NCBI RefSeq assembly: GCF_009914755.1
Contig: NC_060941.1
Origin: the human T2T-CHM13v2.0 reference genome, Homo sapiens
Length of the DNA stretch: 64,000 nt
Strand: one strand, 5' to 3'
How positions within the stretch are numbered: position 1 is the first letter of the stretch; the number at the start of each line of letters is the position of its first letter. Below, piece after piece: positions 1 to 12,920 of the stretch. Under the pieces are notes generated by a model. The model had not been told where the DNA came from. It did no database searches and worked only from the letters and a program-made list of their open reading frames with translations. Made by a program: the position numbers and the translations under genes.

Positions 1-899
1 CACTGGGTCGGTCCTGGGAGACCACCCACCCCAGAAGAGACCAGGCTAGGTGACATGCACATTGGTGACAGGCCAGGCTGCAGGGAACTGGGTCTGTCGG
101 TGCCCCCTGGGAAGGTGGGAGGTGTTTGGCTGGAGGGAGACAGTTGTATCAGCTGCCTCCGGGTTGCCAAGAATGAAATGAACAAAAGAGAGAGGAACCC
201 GGAGGGGGCTGTCTGCCCAGCCATCCCAGTTCCAGGCTCTTTTCGCCTGCACCCAGGCAGACTAGACCGAGCCCTGGCAGGGGTGACGGCTCGCCCTTTG
301 CAAGATGGATGGGCACAACGGGGCCCTGGCAGGTGGAGGTAGCACGGCAGGCTGTGCCGAGGGCGACCACAGAGGCTGTCTCTGTGTGGCAACTTCAGGG
401 CCCCATGATTGATGGTTAGGCTGCTTGGAACCTGATCAAATCTCAGCTCAGCCTGCTGGGTGTGAGCAAGGGAGAGGGGATGGGGAGCCTGGTCAGCCTA
501 GAGCGGGCCCCCCACCACTGAGGAGGCCCCGGGGGGGACCCCCAGCCTGACTTCTCCCTGCTCATGGCTGGCTCCTGTCCCACACTCTTTCGCTACTGTA
601 TTTCCTCTTCTTAGTATTAGAATTTGGATGAGAAAGGCACCACAGTTTTGACCTGAGGTCAAGGCTGGGTTCGTTGCAGGTCCAGAAGGCTGCAGCTCAG
701 ACACCTACTCTAGCCAGAAATGCCCGGGGCTCTGTGCGGTTCCAAGGGCTCCTTTGCCAGCCCTGCCACTGGGCACAGGGAGCCCCTCCACTACTCACCG
801 CAGACAGAGCAGCTCTCCAGTGGGAAGCAGGTCCTGGGAGTGATTGGCATACGTGATCTGGAATTGTGATGTTTCTCCACAGCCCAAACATGGGTTCTT

Positions 900-1015
900 T
901 TATTCATTCATCCAACATTTACTGAGCGCCTAATAGGAACCAGGACGTGCTGCCTCCTGGGACTAATAAAGACTAATAATGCATGTTTTTGTCCTCACAG
1001 AGCTGAAATCTAGCC
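900..1015 (-). mobile_element. LINE-2 3' end fragment
   Basis: ttcattcatccaacatttactgagcgcc is the reverse complement of the typical L2 terminus (gtgctcaataaatatttgttgaatgaa). Confidence 0.6.
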
Positions 1016-1731
1016 CGGAAGGTGGAGGGTGGAAATGGCTAACTCAAATGCAGCAGCTTGGGAAGTGCAGTCCAAGTCCCTGCAAAGGGTGGGGAGAGAA
1101 GCCTTTGCAGAGGCTGTTGCCCGGGGACAGGGCCCCAGGCGGAGAGGACAAAGGCCCAGCAGGCAGAGGGAGCTCACCACATTCCCAAAGCCGCAAAACA
1201 ATGAGCTCGGTGTGCCCCAAAGTCTGAGGAGCTGAGGAGAAAGGGGAAGATGAGTTTCTTTGTGCAGAGATGTTTCTCAGTCACCACTGTCACACTGCTG
1301 GGTTATTGACACCAGAATGTGAAGAATCTCACTGTCAGTGCCACATGTGGGAGGGCATTGCTTACCATGACTCAGCGTGGCCTCAGGGACAGTGCGTCAG
1401 GCCCGGCAGGACAGCACTCGGTCTGTGCTGGGGAAGTCGTGCAGACGTGCAGAGATACAGACATGTGGACCCAAGTCAGCCCCGGACTGAGCAGCGGGTA
1501 CCCCAGAAGGGATGGGCAGTGGAATAAGGATTACATGTAGGGGCAGAGGACGTCTCAGTCTGTACCTGTCTATAGCATTTTAATGTTTGAGCCTTGATAC
1601 CTACAAATTTTAGGACAGGTTTGAAAAAGATTGAAAAAGATGGAAAGCATGCCAGTGATTTTGCTATGGACATCAGATGCAGCATTCAGGGCCACTGTAG
1701 ACGTGGGTATGTCTGGCCTGAGAATAACTAA

Positions 1732-2000
<269 letters not shown>

Positions 2001-3188
2001 GAATTAACCATTTACAGAAAATCAATGTGTCTATATTAATATATATATTTATGTTGAAATATCTTGCCTCACTTGGCGAGTGGGGAATACACTGTGCCTG
2101 GGGGTGAAGGTCTGAGGCGGAAAGCTTGTCTTGCACTGCTCGGTGGATGTTCTGCTGAAGTCGTGAAGAGCAGTGAGCTCTTGTGACCGGTAAACAGAAA
2201 TCCCTGCTTCGGTATCATTTCCCCAGGCATTAGCAGTTTTATTGGCACCCACCATTGTGAAAACGCTGCACATATCAACATCTCAGCACAGCCCTCCATC
2301 TGCCTGCAGATGACTTCCCCGGTAGCATCCTCACGTTACGGTAACACACCACCGAAGGCTCACTCAGGAGCTGTGTTCTTGTTGGAAACTTTTTTCCTTC
2401 CCAGCACCCCGCTCATAACAAGGGCTAAACTCTTCTACCCAGTGGACATGAAACACGGCCCGTATCTCTGTGATTGTCTCTGTGTTCACGTCAGAACGCA
2501 CGTGGTAGGGTATTTGCGTGAAATCGCGCGTGGTAGGGTGTTCGCGTGAAATGGCTCAGGGCTTGGCTCATCATCCTGCCTCCTTACGCCTTCCCCGTCA
2601 GGCACGGTGGTCTGTTAGCCTGGGCGTAATTCTTGTGTTCCTGCTTCTCCATAAAATAATCCTTAAAATCTTTGTTAAGGAGAATAAAGGGAGGGTCTCT
2701 TCCCATGGCATCTTTTGCCAGAATATTCAGAGGAAGAAAGCCCGCCCCGGCCTTACGGGTGCACCTTGTAGAAGGCAGGGCCTTGGCCAGGGGCTCCTCC
2801 TGGTCTCTGCCCCATTGTCGTGTCTGCTTGCAAACCACATCTTTAGTTGCTGCAACAACAAATACATGCTTGCATCTTCCCACTTTGTGTTTGCTCTTCT
2901 TCTCTTCTTCACCTCCCTTTTCCCCATTTAAAAAAATATAAATTCCTGAAACCTGAGACACAGAAGAATCAAAATTGGCTTCAGTGTGTGGTGAGGGAAG
3001 GGGGCTTGCTCAGGAAAAAAAATGTCATGTTCATGCTCTTTCCACCTGCTTTCTACTCTGGCCTTCACATGTCACCACCATAGCTTGATCTGGGAGAAAA
3101 CAAGCACAGCAAGATGGAGCCTGTTGAGAGGGCGGCTTTGGCAGATTCACGCTGCCGGCACCGTGCTGTTCATCTGAGCCCCGAGTCT

Positions 3189-4888
3189 CTGCCGGGTCTT
3201 CCACCAAGCCCCTCCGCCCAGGATGTGTGTGTCGCCTGCCGGGTCTTCCACCGAGCCCGTGCCACGCAGGGTGTGTGTGTCGCCTGCCGGGTCTTCACAC
3301 CGAGCCCGTGCCACGCAGGGTGTGTGTGTCGCCTGCCGGGTCTTCCCACCGAGCTCGTGCCGCCCAGGATGTGTGTGTCACCTGCTGGGTCTTCACACCG
3401 AGCCCGTGCCACGCAGGGTGTGTGTGTCACCTGCCAGGTCTTCCACCGAGCCCTTGCCGCCCAGGATGTGTGTGTCACCTGCCAGGTCTTCCACCGAGCC
3501 CGTGCCACGCAGGGTGTGTGTGTCGCCTGCCGGGTCTTCACACCGAGCCTGTGCCACGCAGGGTGTGTGTGTCGCCTGCCGGGTCTTCCCACTGAGCCCG
3601 TGCCGCCCAGGATGTGTGTGTCACCTGCTGGGTCTTCACACCGAGCCCGTGCCACGCAGGGTGTGTGTGTCGCCTGCCAGGTCTTCCACCGAGCCCGTGC
3701 CACCCAGGATGTGTGTGTCACCTGCTGGGTCTTCACACCGAGCCCGTGCCACGCAGGGTGTGTGTGTCACCTGCTGGGTCTTCCACCGAGCCCGTGCCGC
3801 CCAGGATGTGTGTGTCACCTGCCGGGTCTTCCACCGAGCCCGTGCCGCCCAGGATGTATGTGTCACCTGCCGGGTCTTCCACCGAGCCCGTGCCACACAG
3901 GGTGTGTGTGTCGCCTGCCGTGTCTTCCCACCGAGCCCGTGCCACGCAGGGTGTGTGTGTCGCCTGCTGGGTCTTCCACCGAGCCCGTGCCACGCAGGGT
4001 GTGTGTGTCGCCTGCCATGTCTTCCCACCGAGCCCGTGCCACGCAGGGTGTGTGTGTCGCCTGCTGGGTCTTCCACCGAGCCCGTGCCACGCAGGGTGTG
4101 TGTGTCGCCTGCTGGGTCTTCACACCGAGCCCGTGCCACGCAGGGTGTGTGTGTCGCCTGCCGGGTCTTCCACCGAGCCCGTGCCACGCAGGGTGTGTGT
4201 GTCGCCTGCCGTGTCTTCCCACCGAGCCCGTGCCACGCAGGGTGTGTGTGTCGCCTGCCGCGTCTTCCCACCGAGGCTGTGCCACGCAGGGTGTGTGTGT
4301 CGCCTGCCGGGTCTTCCACCAAGCCCCTCCGCCCAGGATGTGTGTGTCGCCTGCTGGGTCTTCACACCGAGCCCGTGCCACGCAGGGTGTGTGTGTCGCC
4401 TGCCGGGTCTTCCACCAAGCCCCTCCGCCCAGGATGTGTGTGTCGCCTGCCGGGTCTTCCACCGAGCCCGTGCCACGCAGGGTGTGTGTGTCGCCTGCCG
4501 GGTCTTCCACCGAGCCCGTGCCACACAGGGTGTGTGTGTCGCCTGCCGGGTCTTCCACCGAGCCCGTGCCACACAGGGTGTGTGTGTCGCCTGCTGGGTT
4601 TTCCACCGAGCCTGTGCCATGCAGGGTGTGTGTGTCGCCTGCCGGGTCTTCCCACCGAGCCCGTGCCACTCAGGGTGTGTGTGTCGCCTGCCGGGTCTTC
4701 CACCGAGCCCGTGCCACGCAGGGTGTGTGTGTCGCCTGCCGGGTCTTCCACCGAGCCCGTGCCATGCAGGGTGTGTGTGTCGCCTGCTGGGTCTTCCCAC
4801 CGAGCCCGTGCCGCCCAGGATGTGTGTGTGTCGCCTGCTGGGTCTTCCCACCGAGCCCGTGCCACGCAGGGTGTGTGTGTTGCCTGCT
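3189..4888. repeat. CpG-rich minisatellite (VNTR), unit 46-49 bp, about 35 copies
   Basis: Unit ccaccgagcccgtgccacgcagggtgtgtgtgtcgcctgccgggtctt; gggtctt recurs at 3241 and 3289 (48 bp apart). Confidence 0.97.
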
Positions 4889-6104
4889 GGCTGCCGTTCT
4901 GCACGTGTGTGGTTTCAAGTCTTGTTTCCTCTTCTGTTTAACGAGGCCCTTGGTCTAAGTGTGCTTGTAATTTGGGCGAGTGAGCAGCAGCCGAGAGAGT
5001 CCACCCCAGTCCCCCTAGCCAGCGAAGTGGGAGCTCCCAGGTTCCTGCCTGCGGGGAGGGTGGGGGCGGTTTGAGTTAGTGAAAATGTGTGTATTAAACA
5101 GATATGTAAATGACCCCTGCCGAGCGCTGAAAATGAAGGTATGAAAAGGCATCATCATCCGTGGTTCCCACCTGGCACAATGACCGTATCAGAACAGACA
5201 TCTGGTAGTATACACCACATAGTTGCCAGACTCCGATACCAAGGGCACATCTAAGATCTCCCACCCTGATTTGCGTGCCTCAAATTCAGAATTAGTGAGA
5301 TTTGAGTCAGTGATGCTTCATTACACTCTCGTGAGACATGTTTGAGGAGCTTCACCGTGAATGTGTGGGCTTCGATTTGACTTGTGGAACCTGTGGTTAA
5401 AACAAAGGAAGGTGCCTTCATTCTCAGAACCCAGTGCTTTTTCTGCTGCCCTGGCCCTCTGGGCTGAGTCTTTACGTGGACGGCGGTCGATGCATCTCGG
5501 TTTATTTGTCAAAACCTTCAGCTAAAGCCAGTTGTTGCTTGAAAACTGCCTGCTTAATTGGCCTCCTCAGCTCGGGGGAGCAGCTTGCAATCTGAGGCCG
5601 GCGCCCGGCTCCCTGACCACCCGCTCCCCATCGTGCTCAGCTCTCATTCCAGCAGCCCAGCCCATAACCCGCCTCATCAGTGTATTGATGTGAGGCAGAA
5701 ACACCTCATTGTAAGAGCACCCCTGAGAAATGGCGGGGTTAGGGGCTTCTGGGCTGCATAACCAGCAGATTCCCTCTGCAAAACTGCTCCTGCCTCAGTG
5801 GGAAAGGGCCAGCCGTGCAGGGCTGCACTGGAGAGCCGTTCTCTTCTTGATCCTCAGGCATCCAGTTCTTAAAATTCCGGCCCTCTGTCCTTGCATGGCC
5901 TTCGTCCTCTGGAAAGGAGCATGCTGGGAGCTGGCAGAACGCACGCCTCACTCTGTCGATGCAGTGTCTGTCACTGCTCAGTTTCTAGGTATTGATCCTA
6001 GAAACCCATGCTCTGTGGGTCCCTCTCCAAGAAACACAGCATCCATGATTTGTACATCGCACTGCAGTTTCAGACTGCTTTCACATGCGTGGTTTCATCT
6101 CTGA

Positions 6105-6416
<312 letters not shown>

Positions 6417-7104
6417 TGAGCACAGATTTTTAAAACTTTACCTGGGTCCCTGACTAGTAAGAGGGAGAACCTGGACTTGAAACTTAGTTTTGTTTCAAAT
6501 CTTGCCCCTTTTCCTCGGGTTTTGGGCAAATACTTCCCGAAGTATTATCGTTACCCCTGAATATCCAAGGCAGGATCATTTTATTCCCTTCCAGAGCCAG
6601 CACTTGCAGAAGTGTCCCCAAGTTAGGCAGCCTGGTGTGGCTTCCGGTAACACTGCCAGCCTCAGAGCCGGCCTGTTTCCTCCAGGACGCCCACAGGACC
6701 CTCGGAAGCCCCTTCCTCTAGGGGCCCGTCCCTCCTCCTTCCCCAGGCCCCGTCCCCCGCCTTGCCCTCTGAAAGTGGTCTTCAGCACCACCCGATAAGC
6801 AGTGACTTCTCATCTTAGAAGCCTGGCTTGGGTCAGGTTCTGCGTTTCGGCTGTGCGCGCCCCGGAGCAGCCCTGCTTGTGTCTTATCATCGATGCCTCA
6901 GCTGCAGTGTGCCCCACTGTAACCCCTCCGGGATGAAAACGCAACCCACCTCTTCAGTGGGCAGCCCTCCACTTGGATCCTCGCATCCCTGGCATCATCT
7001 CCGTCCTCTGTCCTTGCTGACCCAGCTCCAACCCAGCCTGTCTGACCTGTAGCCCACCTGCCATGTCCTTCCCGGCTGCAGCTCCTGCTGGGCTCTGCAG
7101 CCCC

Positions 7105-7200
7105 TCCTGCCCAACGCCACCTGCCCCCGCCTGCCCTGCTCCTGCTTGCCCTTCCCCTGCCCCTGCCCCCGCCTGCCCTGCCCCCACCTGCCCTGCCCCT
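7105..7200. repeat. C-rich low-complexity repeat (cctgcc)n; GGGCAGG runs on the minus strand
   Basis: cctgcccccgcctgccctgctcctgcttgcccttcccctgcccctgccccc... Confidence 0.8.
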
Positions 7201-8186
7201 TTCTCCTCCCACTCCCACATCCCGGGCCTGGACCTGCCATTTCCTAGCAGCAGGAGTCTTTTCCCTCGATCCCACCCTTCCCCTTCTTCCCTCACTGCCC
7301 TGGACAGTTCTGTCTGCTCATCAGCGTAAAGAGGTCTCCAAAAAGTACAAGACCCTCCCTCTCCCCGCTTTCCAAGCACCCTATGGTGCCTCTCGCTGCT
7401 CCTTCAGGAACTGTGAGCAGGGCACAAATACCTAGTGCTCAGCACCCAGTAGGCCCTCACGACTGTGCCGAGCCATGGCCGTGTGGCTGTGATTGTGCTG
7501 ACAGCACACAGTAGGTCCTCACGACTGAGGCGAGTCATGGCCGCGTGACTGTGAATGTGTAGACAGGCACAGAATGGCCTGAAGCGTGGGAAGGTCGCCT
7601 GCCTGGCAGCAGCTTTAGCACCAGGAAACCTCCCACCTTGGGGCTGCCCCTGAGGGTGAACAAGTGGGGCCAGTGGGAAGCACCTGCTCAAGTGGGACTG
7701 TGCACACAAATCACTGGGAATTACTGCCTCACACACGATTGGTTTTCAGCATTTTGTAAGTCCAAGCAAACCCCCAAGAAAAGCTTGAGCGGGACCGGGT
7801 CTGCACCAACAGGCTGGTTCTGAGTGAGTGCTGGATGGATGTGCTCCAGTGTGGAGGGCAGAGGGAGGGAGCGGGACCCCTGGAGAGGAGCGGGGTGCAG
7901 GCAGGGGCTGCAGGGCACTCCCCAGCAGGTGCCCGGACGTTGTGAAAGAAAACGTCTGGGAGCTGCTTTCCTCTGGGCGTTCGTGGGATCCCTCCCCTTC
8001 TTAGCCAAGGAAAGCATGTCTGCAGGCGCCGGCTGCAGCTGTTTTTCAAATGAAAACTGGGCTTGAAAGGAGGAAATAATTGAGGTATAAGAAGTCCCTG
8101 CCCTTATTCGTTCACGCACCATGAGAAGCTTGTGGCATCTGCGGGACACTGCACTCACTGCCTCTCCTCTGTCTCTTTCTGTCCAG

Positions 8187-8261
8187 TCGTGCCAGGCGGA
8201 CCTCGTGAAGGACAACGGCCACAAGTACTTCCTGTCGGTCCTGGCGGACCCCTACATGCCA
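8187..8261 (+). CDS. RPTOR: RPTOR coding exon (about exon 14), SCQADLVKDNGHKYFLSVLADPYMP, 75 nt, phase 0-0
   Basis: Acceptor ctttctgtccag|TCG, donor CCA|gtaagg; the peptide lies within ORF 8121..8447. Confidence 0.97.
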
Positions 8262-9308
8262 GTAAGGACGGGGCAGCACGCTCTCCATGGGCTTGGGACT
8301 CAGCACTCGCCTCTGCCCACACGCTGCACTGCGGTGGGGCCTTTTGACGGGGGCTACAGGAGAAAGGTCAAGGGTCACAGCAGGGGCCACGTCCACGGGG
8401 TCAGCAACTGCTTCACGTTAGACATGGCCCTTTGCTTACTACCATGAGCGCAGCTGTTGTTTCGTGTTTGTCTCTAAACAAGAGCTCAGTTAACCCGGAC
8501 ACATGGGTGGTTTTAGTTTATTTTAGTCTCTTTTCACTGGGACTTCTTTGCAAAATAGTCAAATCCACTCTCCCTGCTGTCCGCCGCGTTAGACTAGTGA
8601 GCGCCGCACGTCTGTAATATGAGAGTTCAGGCGCCTGGGAAGGTCTTGGAGCACAAGAAGATATCGAAGCACCCCATTTCAGGAAGGAAGGGAGAGAGGA
8701 AAGGAAGGAAAGAAGGTTGTTTGAAAGTTTAAATTTTCAGTATACTTTATTGTATTAAATTGTTTGAAAATTAGTAATCCATGAATAGGGTGTATAGTTA
8801 TTCTATAAATGTTTCATAATGTTTTAATTTCTAACTCCCAGCTTAGTAATGAGAACAAAATAGATATATCCTAAATAATTCTTTAACATAACTTAATATT
8901 GCCAGAATATTTAAACATATTAGCTAGTTTACACAGTGTTCGGTGGCTTTGCTGTATAAAGGAACTTTTGTATGTAATTTCACCCCCTAGTTGGTTTTCT
9001 AAGCTAAAGGATTTTTTAAAACACAAAACAAACAGGACTATTTTCCAAAAGGTAAACAGTATATGCACTTTGTGTTGTATTGAAACATCACAGGCAGTTA
9101 AAGTTGATACTTTGTATCAGTTTTGGAAACCATCACTTCCCATTCTTAAGAATAAGGAAGAAAGCAAATCCCACATGAAGAAGTGAGGAAGAATGCTCAC
9201 TGGCGACTTGGGCGCGAGGGTGAGCTAAGCTCACATGAACGGCCCCACCTCAGCCACGAGCCTGCGGAAGTTTTGAGGACACAGCCAGGTTTGAAAGAAT
9301 GAAAAGGA

Positions 9309-9613
9309 GGCTGGGTATGGTGGCTCACACCTGTAATCCCAGCGCTTTGGGAGGCCAAGGCTGACAGACTGCTTGAGCTCGGGAGTTCGAGACCAGCCTG
9401 GGCGACATGGTGAAACCCCGTTTCTACCAAAAATACAAAAAAATTTGTCTGGCGTTGTGGCACACGCCTGTGGTCTCAGCTACTCAGGAGGCTGCAGTGG
9501 GAGGATCGCCTGAGCCCGGGGAAGTCAAGGCTGCAATGAGCTGTGACTGTACAACTGCACTCCAGCCTGAGCAACAGAGTGAGACCCCGTCTCCACTCAA
9601 TAAATAAATAATA
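9309..9613 (+). mobile_element. Alu (AluJ-like)
   Basis: ggctgggtatggtggctcacacctgtaatccc...ggatcgcctgagccc...gtcaaggctgca, with an (aaat)n tail. Confidence 0.94.
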
Positions 9614-9769
9614 TAAATATTCTTAAATGACTGACTAGAAAGAATTTGCTATGATTCTGTCAAACCATCAACCATTGTTTTGTTTCTTCAGTGCTTTGTG
9701 CCTGTTATGAGAAAACATTCAGTGCTTCCTACTCATCCTCAGAAACGATTGATTTTTCTAAACTCATAA

Positions 9770-10250
9770 GCAGATCTGAAAAAACAAATTGAAGCTGTGA
9801 AAAAGAAAAGACATGCACTGTTATTGAAAACTCTGGAGATGAATTAAATCACAGAACAGACAGCCAAGAAGAGAATTCATGAAGGAGCCACCTGGAGCGC
9901 CGTCCATGAAGCTAAGCGAGAAGATATGAAAGCCGGGCTAAGAGCCGGGCTGGGAACGTTCACCATGTAGCCAGCATGGTTCAGAATGAGAGGAGAATAA
10001 GTAGAGAAGCAGTTTTTGATTAGATAGTGGCTGAGAATTTTCCAGATTTGAAGAAAGGAGAGTTCCGATTTTAAAAGCAGGATGAATCCTGAGAAGGTTA
10101 AAGAGAAACAAATTCGTACATAGACGCATCATAATGAAAACAGCAAATATCGAAGGCATAAAGACAAACCTTAAAAGTCCCCAGAACAAACGTTATTAGC
10201 AAAGGAGGAGACAGCACCGGCCCCAACAGCAGACCTCTCATCAGCAGCGG
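9770..10250 (+). mobile_element. Old L1 ORF1-region fragment
   Basis: A-rich, with gctgagaattttccagatttg and agacgcatcataatgaaa resembling the L1 ORF1 ENFP and RHII segments. Confidence 0.6.
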
Positions 10251-11190
10251 CTCTCGGCCGGGGACAGGGGAGCCCTCGGCGTGCGAGGAAAGCGACCACG
10301 GTCGGGTCACCTGCACCCAGCTCAGTCACCACTCAGGAATGGGGGTGTAGTAAGCAGCGTTCAGACACCAACAGTTTACTCCTTCCGAACCCCACAGACC
10401 ATGGCTAGAAAGACCACATGTCAGCGAGGAGGAAACGGAACCAGGAGGGGAAAGCAAGATGCAGGACACGGCAAAAAGCCAAGAAGTTGGCACACGTGTT
10501 GGCACATCTATAGATTTGTAAAAATGAAGAATACTCATGGCGAATTGGAGGGTTAAACAAGAGGAGGACTCAGGTACCCTGGGAGCCCTGCAATAATCCA
10601 AGGAGCCCTGCAATAATCCAAGAGGCGCGTAGGACACTAGACCGCGCGACGTGTGTGTAAAAAACTAAGGCACCGCTAAAAAGTTACAAATAGACTCTGG
10701 TTTCCAGGTCAGCGGAGGCACAGAGGAAAGGACAGAATGAAAATGAGTCACAGTAGAGCAGAAAGGAGAAACCAGTGAAACCTAGAGCGCTGCCTCCATG
10801 CCTTTTGCTGCCAAAGCCCCTGATTGCAGGACCGTGTGCTCACAGAGTGCTGGGCAGGCTGGGGAGGTGAGGTCCGGGTGCTTCATACCGACAGCCACGG
10901 CTGGCCTGTGACAGAGGAGGCATCCACCAGGTCTGTGCCCGTCTTGCAGTGTTAGGGCTTCCAAGGAGCAGTCTGTTCACTCCGGGAGGCGAGCCTGGAG
11001 CTCTAAGGCCTTTGAAAACAGCTGTTCTTTTTTGTAGAGTCCACGTAAAATCCAGGAGTAAAGCTGGCTCTCGTTACTTTAATTATGCGCCACGCGTGTC
11101 ATGAAGATTCCGAAAGGATCACGCTGTTGTACTTTGGGAATGAGAGTTTCCACTGAGGGGAGACGACCAGGACTGGTTTTTGTTTTCCAG

Positions 11191-11256
11191 GCTGAACACC
11201 GGACCATGACGGCTTTCATTCTCGCCGTGATCGTCAACAGCTATCACACGGGGCAG
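11191..11256 (+). CDS. RPTOR: RPTOR coding exon (about exon 15), AEHRTMTAFILAVIVNSYHTGQ, 66 nt, phase 0-0
   Basis: Acceptor tgttttccag|GCT, donor CAG|gtgagc. Confidence 0.97.
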
Positions 11257-11552
11257 GTGAGCCCCCCAGCCACCCCCAGCCCCAGAGCTCACCCTTGGCA
11301 TTGCAGAGGAGCTGGGCCCACTGTGAAACGTGGTGCCACATGGGGGACAGGGGGTGTCCAGCAGAGGCTCTGACCCTTCATCTAGCCAGCCATTTGCAGG
11401 CTGAATATGAATCAGAGGAATCTAAAATGGGGAAAATTGAGCAAATCAAGGCTTCCCAAGAATGGGTGGCCACCGTTGTCCCGTGCAGGTACCCACCACG
11501 TGCCTGCCATTGGCAGGCAGAGGCCAACCTGTCTGTGGTCCCGCCTCTGCAG

Positions 11553-11744
11553 GAAGCCTGCCTTCAGGGAAACCTCATTGCCATCTGCCTGGAGCAGCTC
11601 AACGACCCGCACCCCTTGCTGCGCCAGTGGGTGGCCATCTGCCTCGGCAGGATCTGGCAGAACTTCGACTCGGCGAGGTGGTGCGGCGTGAGGGACAGCG
11701 CTCATGAGAAGCTCTACAGCCTCCTCTCCGACCCCATTCCCGAG
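11553..11744 (+). CDS. RPTOR: RPTOR coding exon (about exon 16), EACLQGNLIAICLEQ...LLSDPIPE (HEAT repeat), 192 nt, phase 0-0
   Basis: Acceptor cctctgcag|GAA, donor GAG|gtgagt. Confidence 0.97.
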
Positions 11745-12179
11745 GTGAGTCAGGCGGGGGCTCAGAGTCCAGTCCTCCTGGCTGCCGACTGCGGGGGTAA
11801 GGCAGAGGTCTGCTCGCGTGCGGGTGTGGCCGGCCACGTGTCCAGGAACTTCAGGGACTGCACGCTAATAAGAGTAGGACAGTGGGACCTTGGTGAGAAG
11901 AGAACCACACCACTGGGGATTTTGCACCCAGGCCCAGAGTGCGCTCCCGGGGACAGTGGCACAGCTGCAAGCGGGGGTCCCAGAGGGAACCTCAGAGGCA
12001 GGGGTCACGTGCTCGCTGTCCGGGTGCCGCTCTGCGTCCTCACTGTGGCCTGCAAGGCAGGGACCACTAGATCTCCACTTTACGGGCAAGGAGACAGGCC
12101 AGTGGCTCGTGCCTGGTGCAGCTGGGAAAGGTGCGGGGCACTGCCCACAGAATGGCCGCGGGCTGGAACTCTGGGAGTT

Positions 12180-12335
12180 TCATGCACCATTGCCTTCACT
12201 CTTCCCACCGGCCTGTGCAGCGTACAGGGTGTTGCTCATTTTTAGAGCTGAGGAAGCAGACTCAGGGACAGTGACTTCTCCCCAGGACCACATGGTGTCA
12301 GAGGCAAGGGCTAAGCCAGGGTCCCCGGACCCCAG
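12180..12335. mobile_element. MIR fragment
   Basis: ctcatttttagagctgaggaagcagactcagggacagtgacttctcccaggaccaca resembles the MIR core. Confidence 0.6.
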
Positions 12336-12779
12336 GGCCAGCACAGTGTCGCTCCCCTGGCTGAGCCCTGTGTGCTCAGTGCACTTCAGGGCCCCCACGC
12401 CCCTCTGCGTCCAGGAGTGCCTGCGCCCTCCCCTCTTTCCACCCTCCCACGCTCTGTGGCCCATCCCAGCCCCCTCGTCTAACTCCTGCCTCGTTCATCA
12501 GCACATTCCCTGGTGCCTGGTTTGGTGTTTCAGTTCCCGGGGCAATGCAGCTCCCGCCTCTGCAGTCTGAGCTGCCCCTGGAGCTGGGCGGCTGCCCCTG
12601 CTGCTCCCCACCTCCTTCCCCGTTGCCACTCTGGTAGTGCGAGGAGAGCCTTGGGCCTGGAGAGCTGTTGAGCAAGCGCCTGTGGGGTTGGATTCACCTG
12701 CACACACAGCCCTGGCAGAAAGGCAGGCTGCAGCATGGCCCGGTGTGGGACATGCCTGTGACCCCCCGCCGCCTTGCAG

Positions 12780-12920
12780 GTCCGCTGCGCAGCGGTCTTC
12801 GCCCTTGGCACGTTCGTGGGCAACTCTGCAGAGAGGACGGACCACTCCACCACCATCGACCACAACGTGGCCATGATGCTGGCCCAGCTGGTCAGCGACG
12901 GGAGCCCCATGGTCCGGAAG
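12780..12920 (+). CDS. RPTOR: RPTOR coding exon (about exon 17), VRCAAVFALGTFV...DGSPMVRK (HEAT repeat), 141 nt, phase 0-0
   Basis: Acceptor ccttgcag|GTC, donor AAG|gtgcgt. Confidence 0.97.

Noticed and set aside
3114-5074. Long ORFs of 614, 572 and 486 aa (Cys/Pro/Arg-rich)
   Set aside because: They are translations of the 48-bp VNTR, whose unit lacks stop codons. They are open in several frames and on both strands, with no coding signature.
11745-12245. Exon 16 frame stays open for 166 codons into the intron
   Set aside because: There is a strong gtgagt donor at 11745, and the extension runs through GC-rich, MIR-derived sequence where long open frames are expected by chance.
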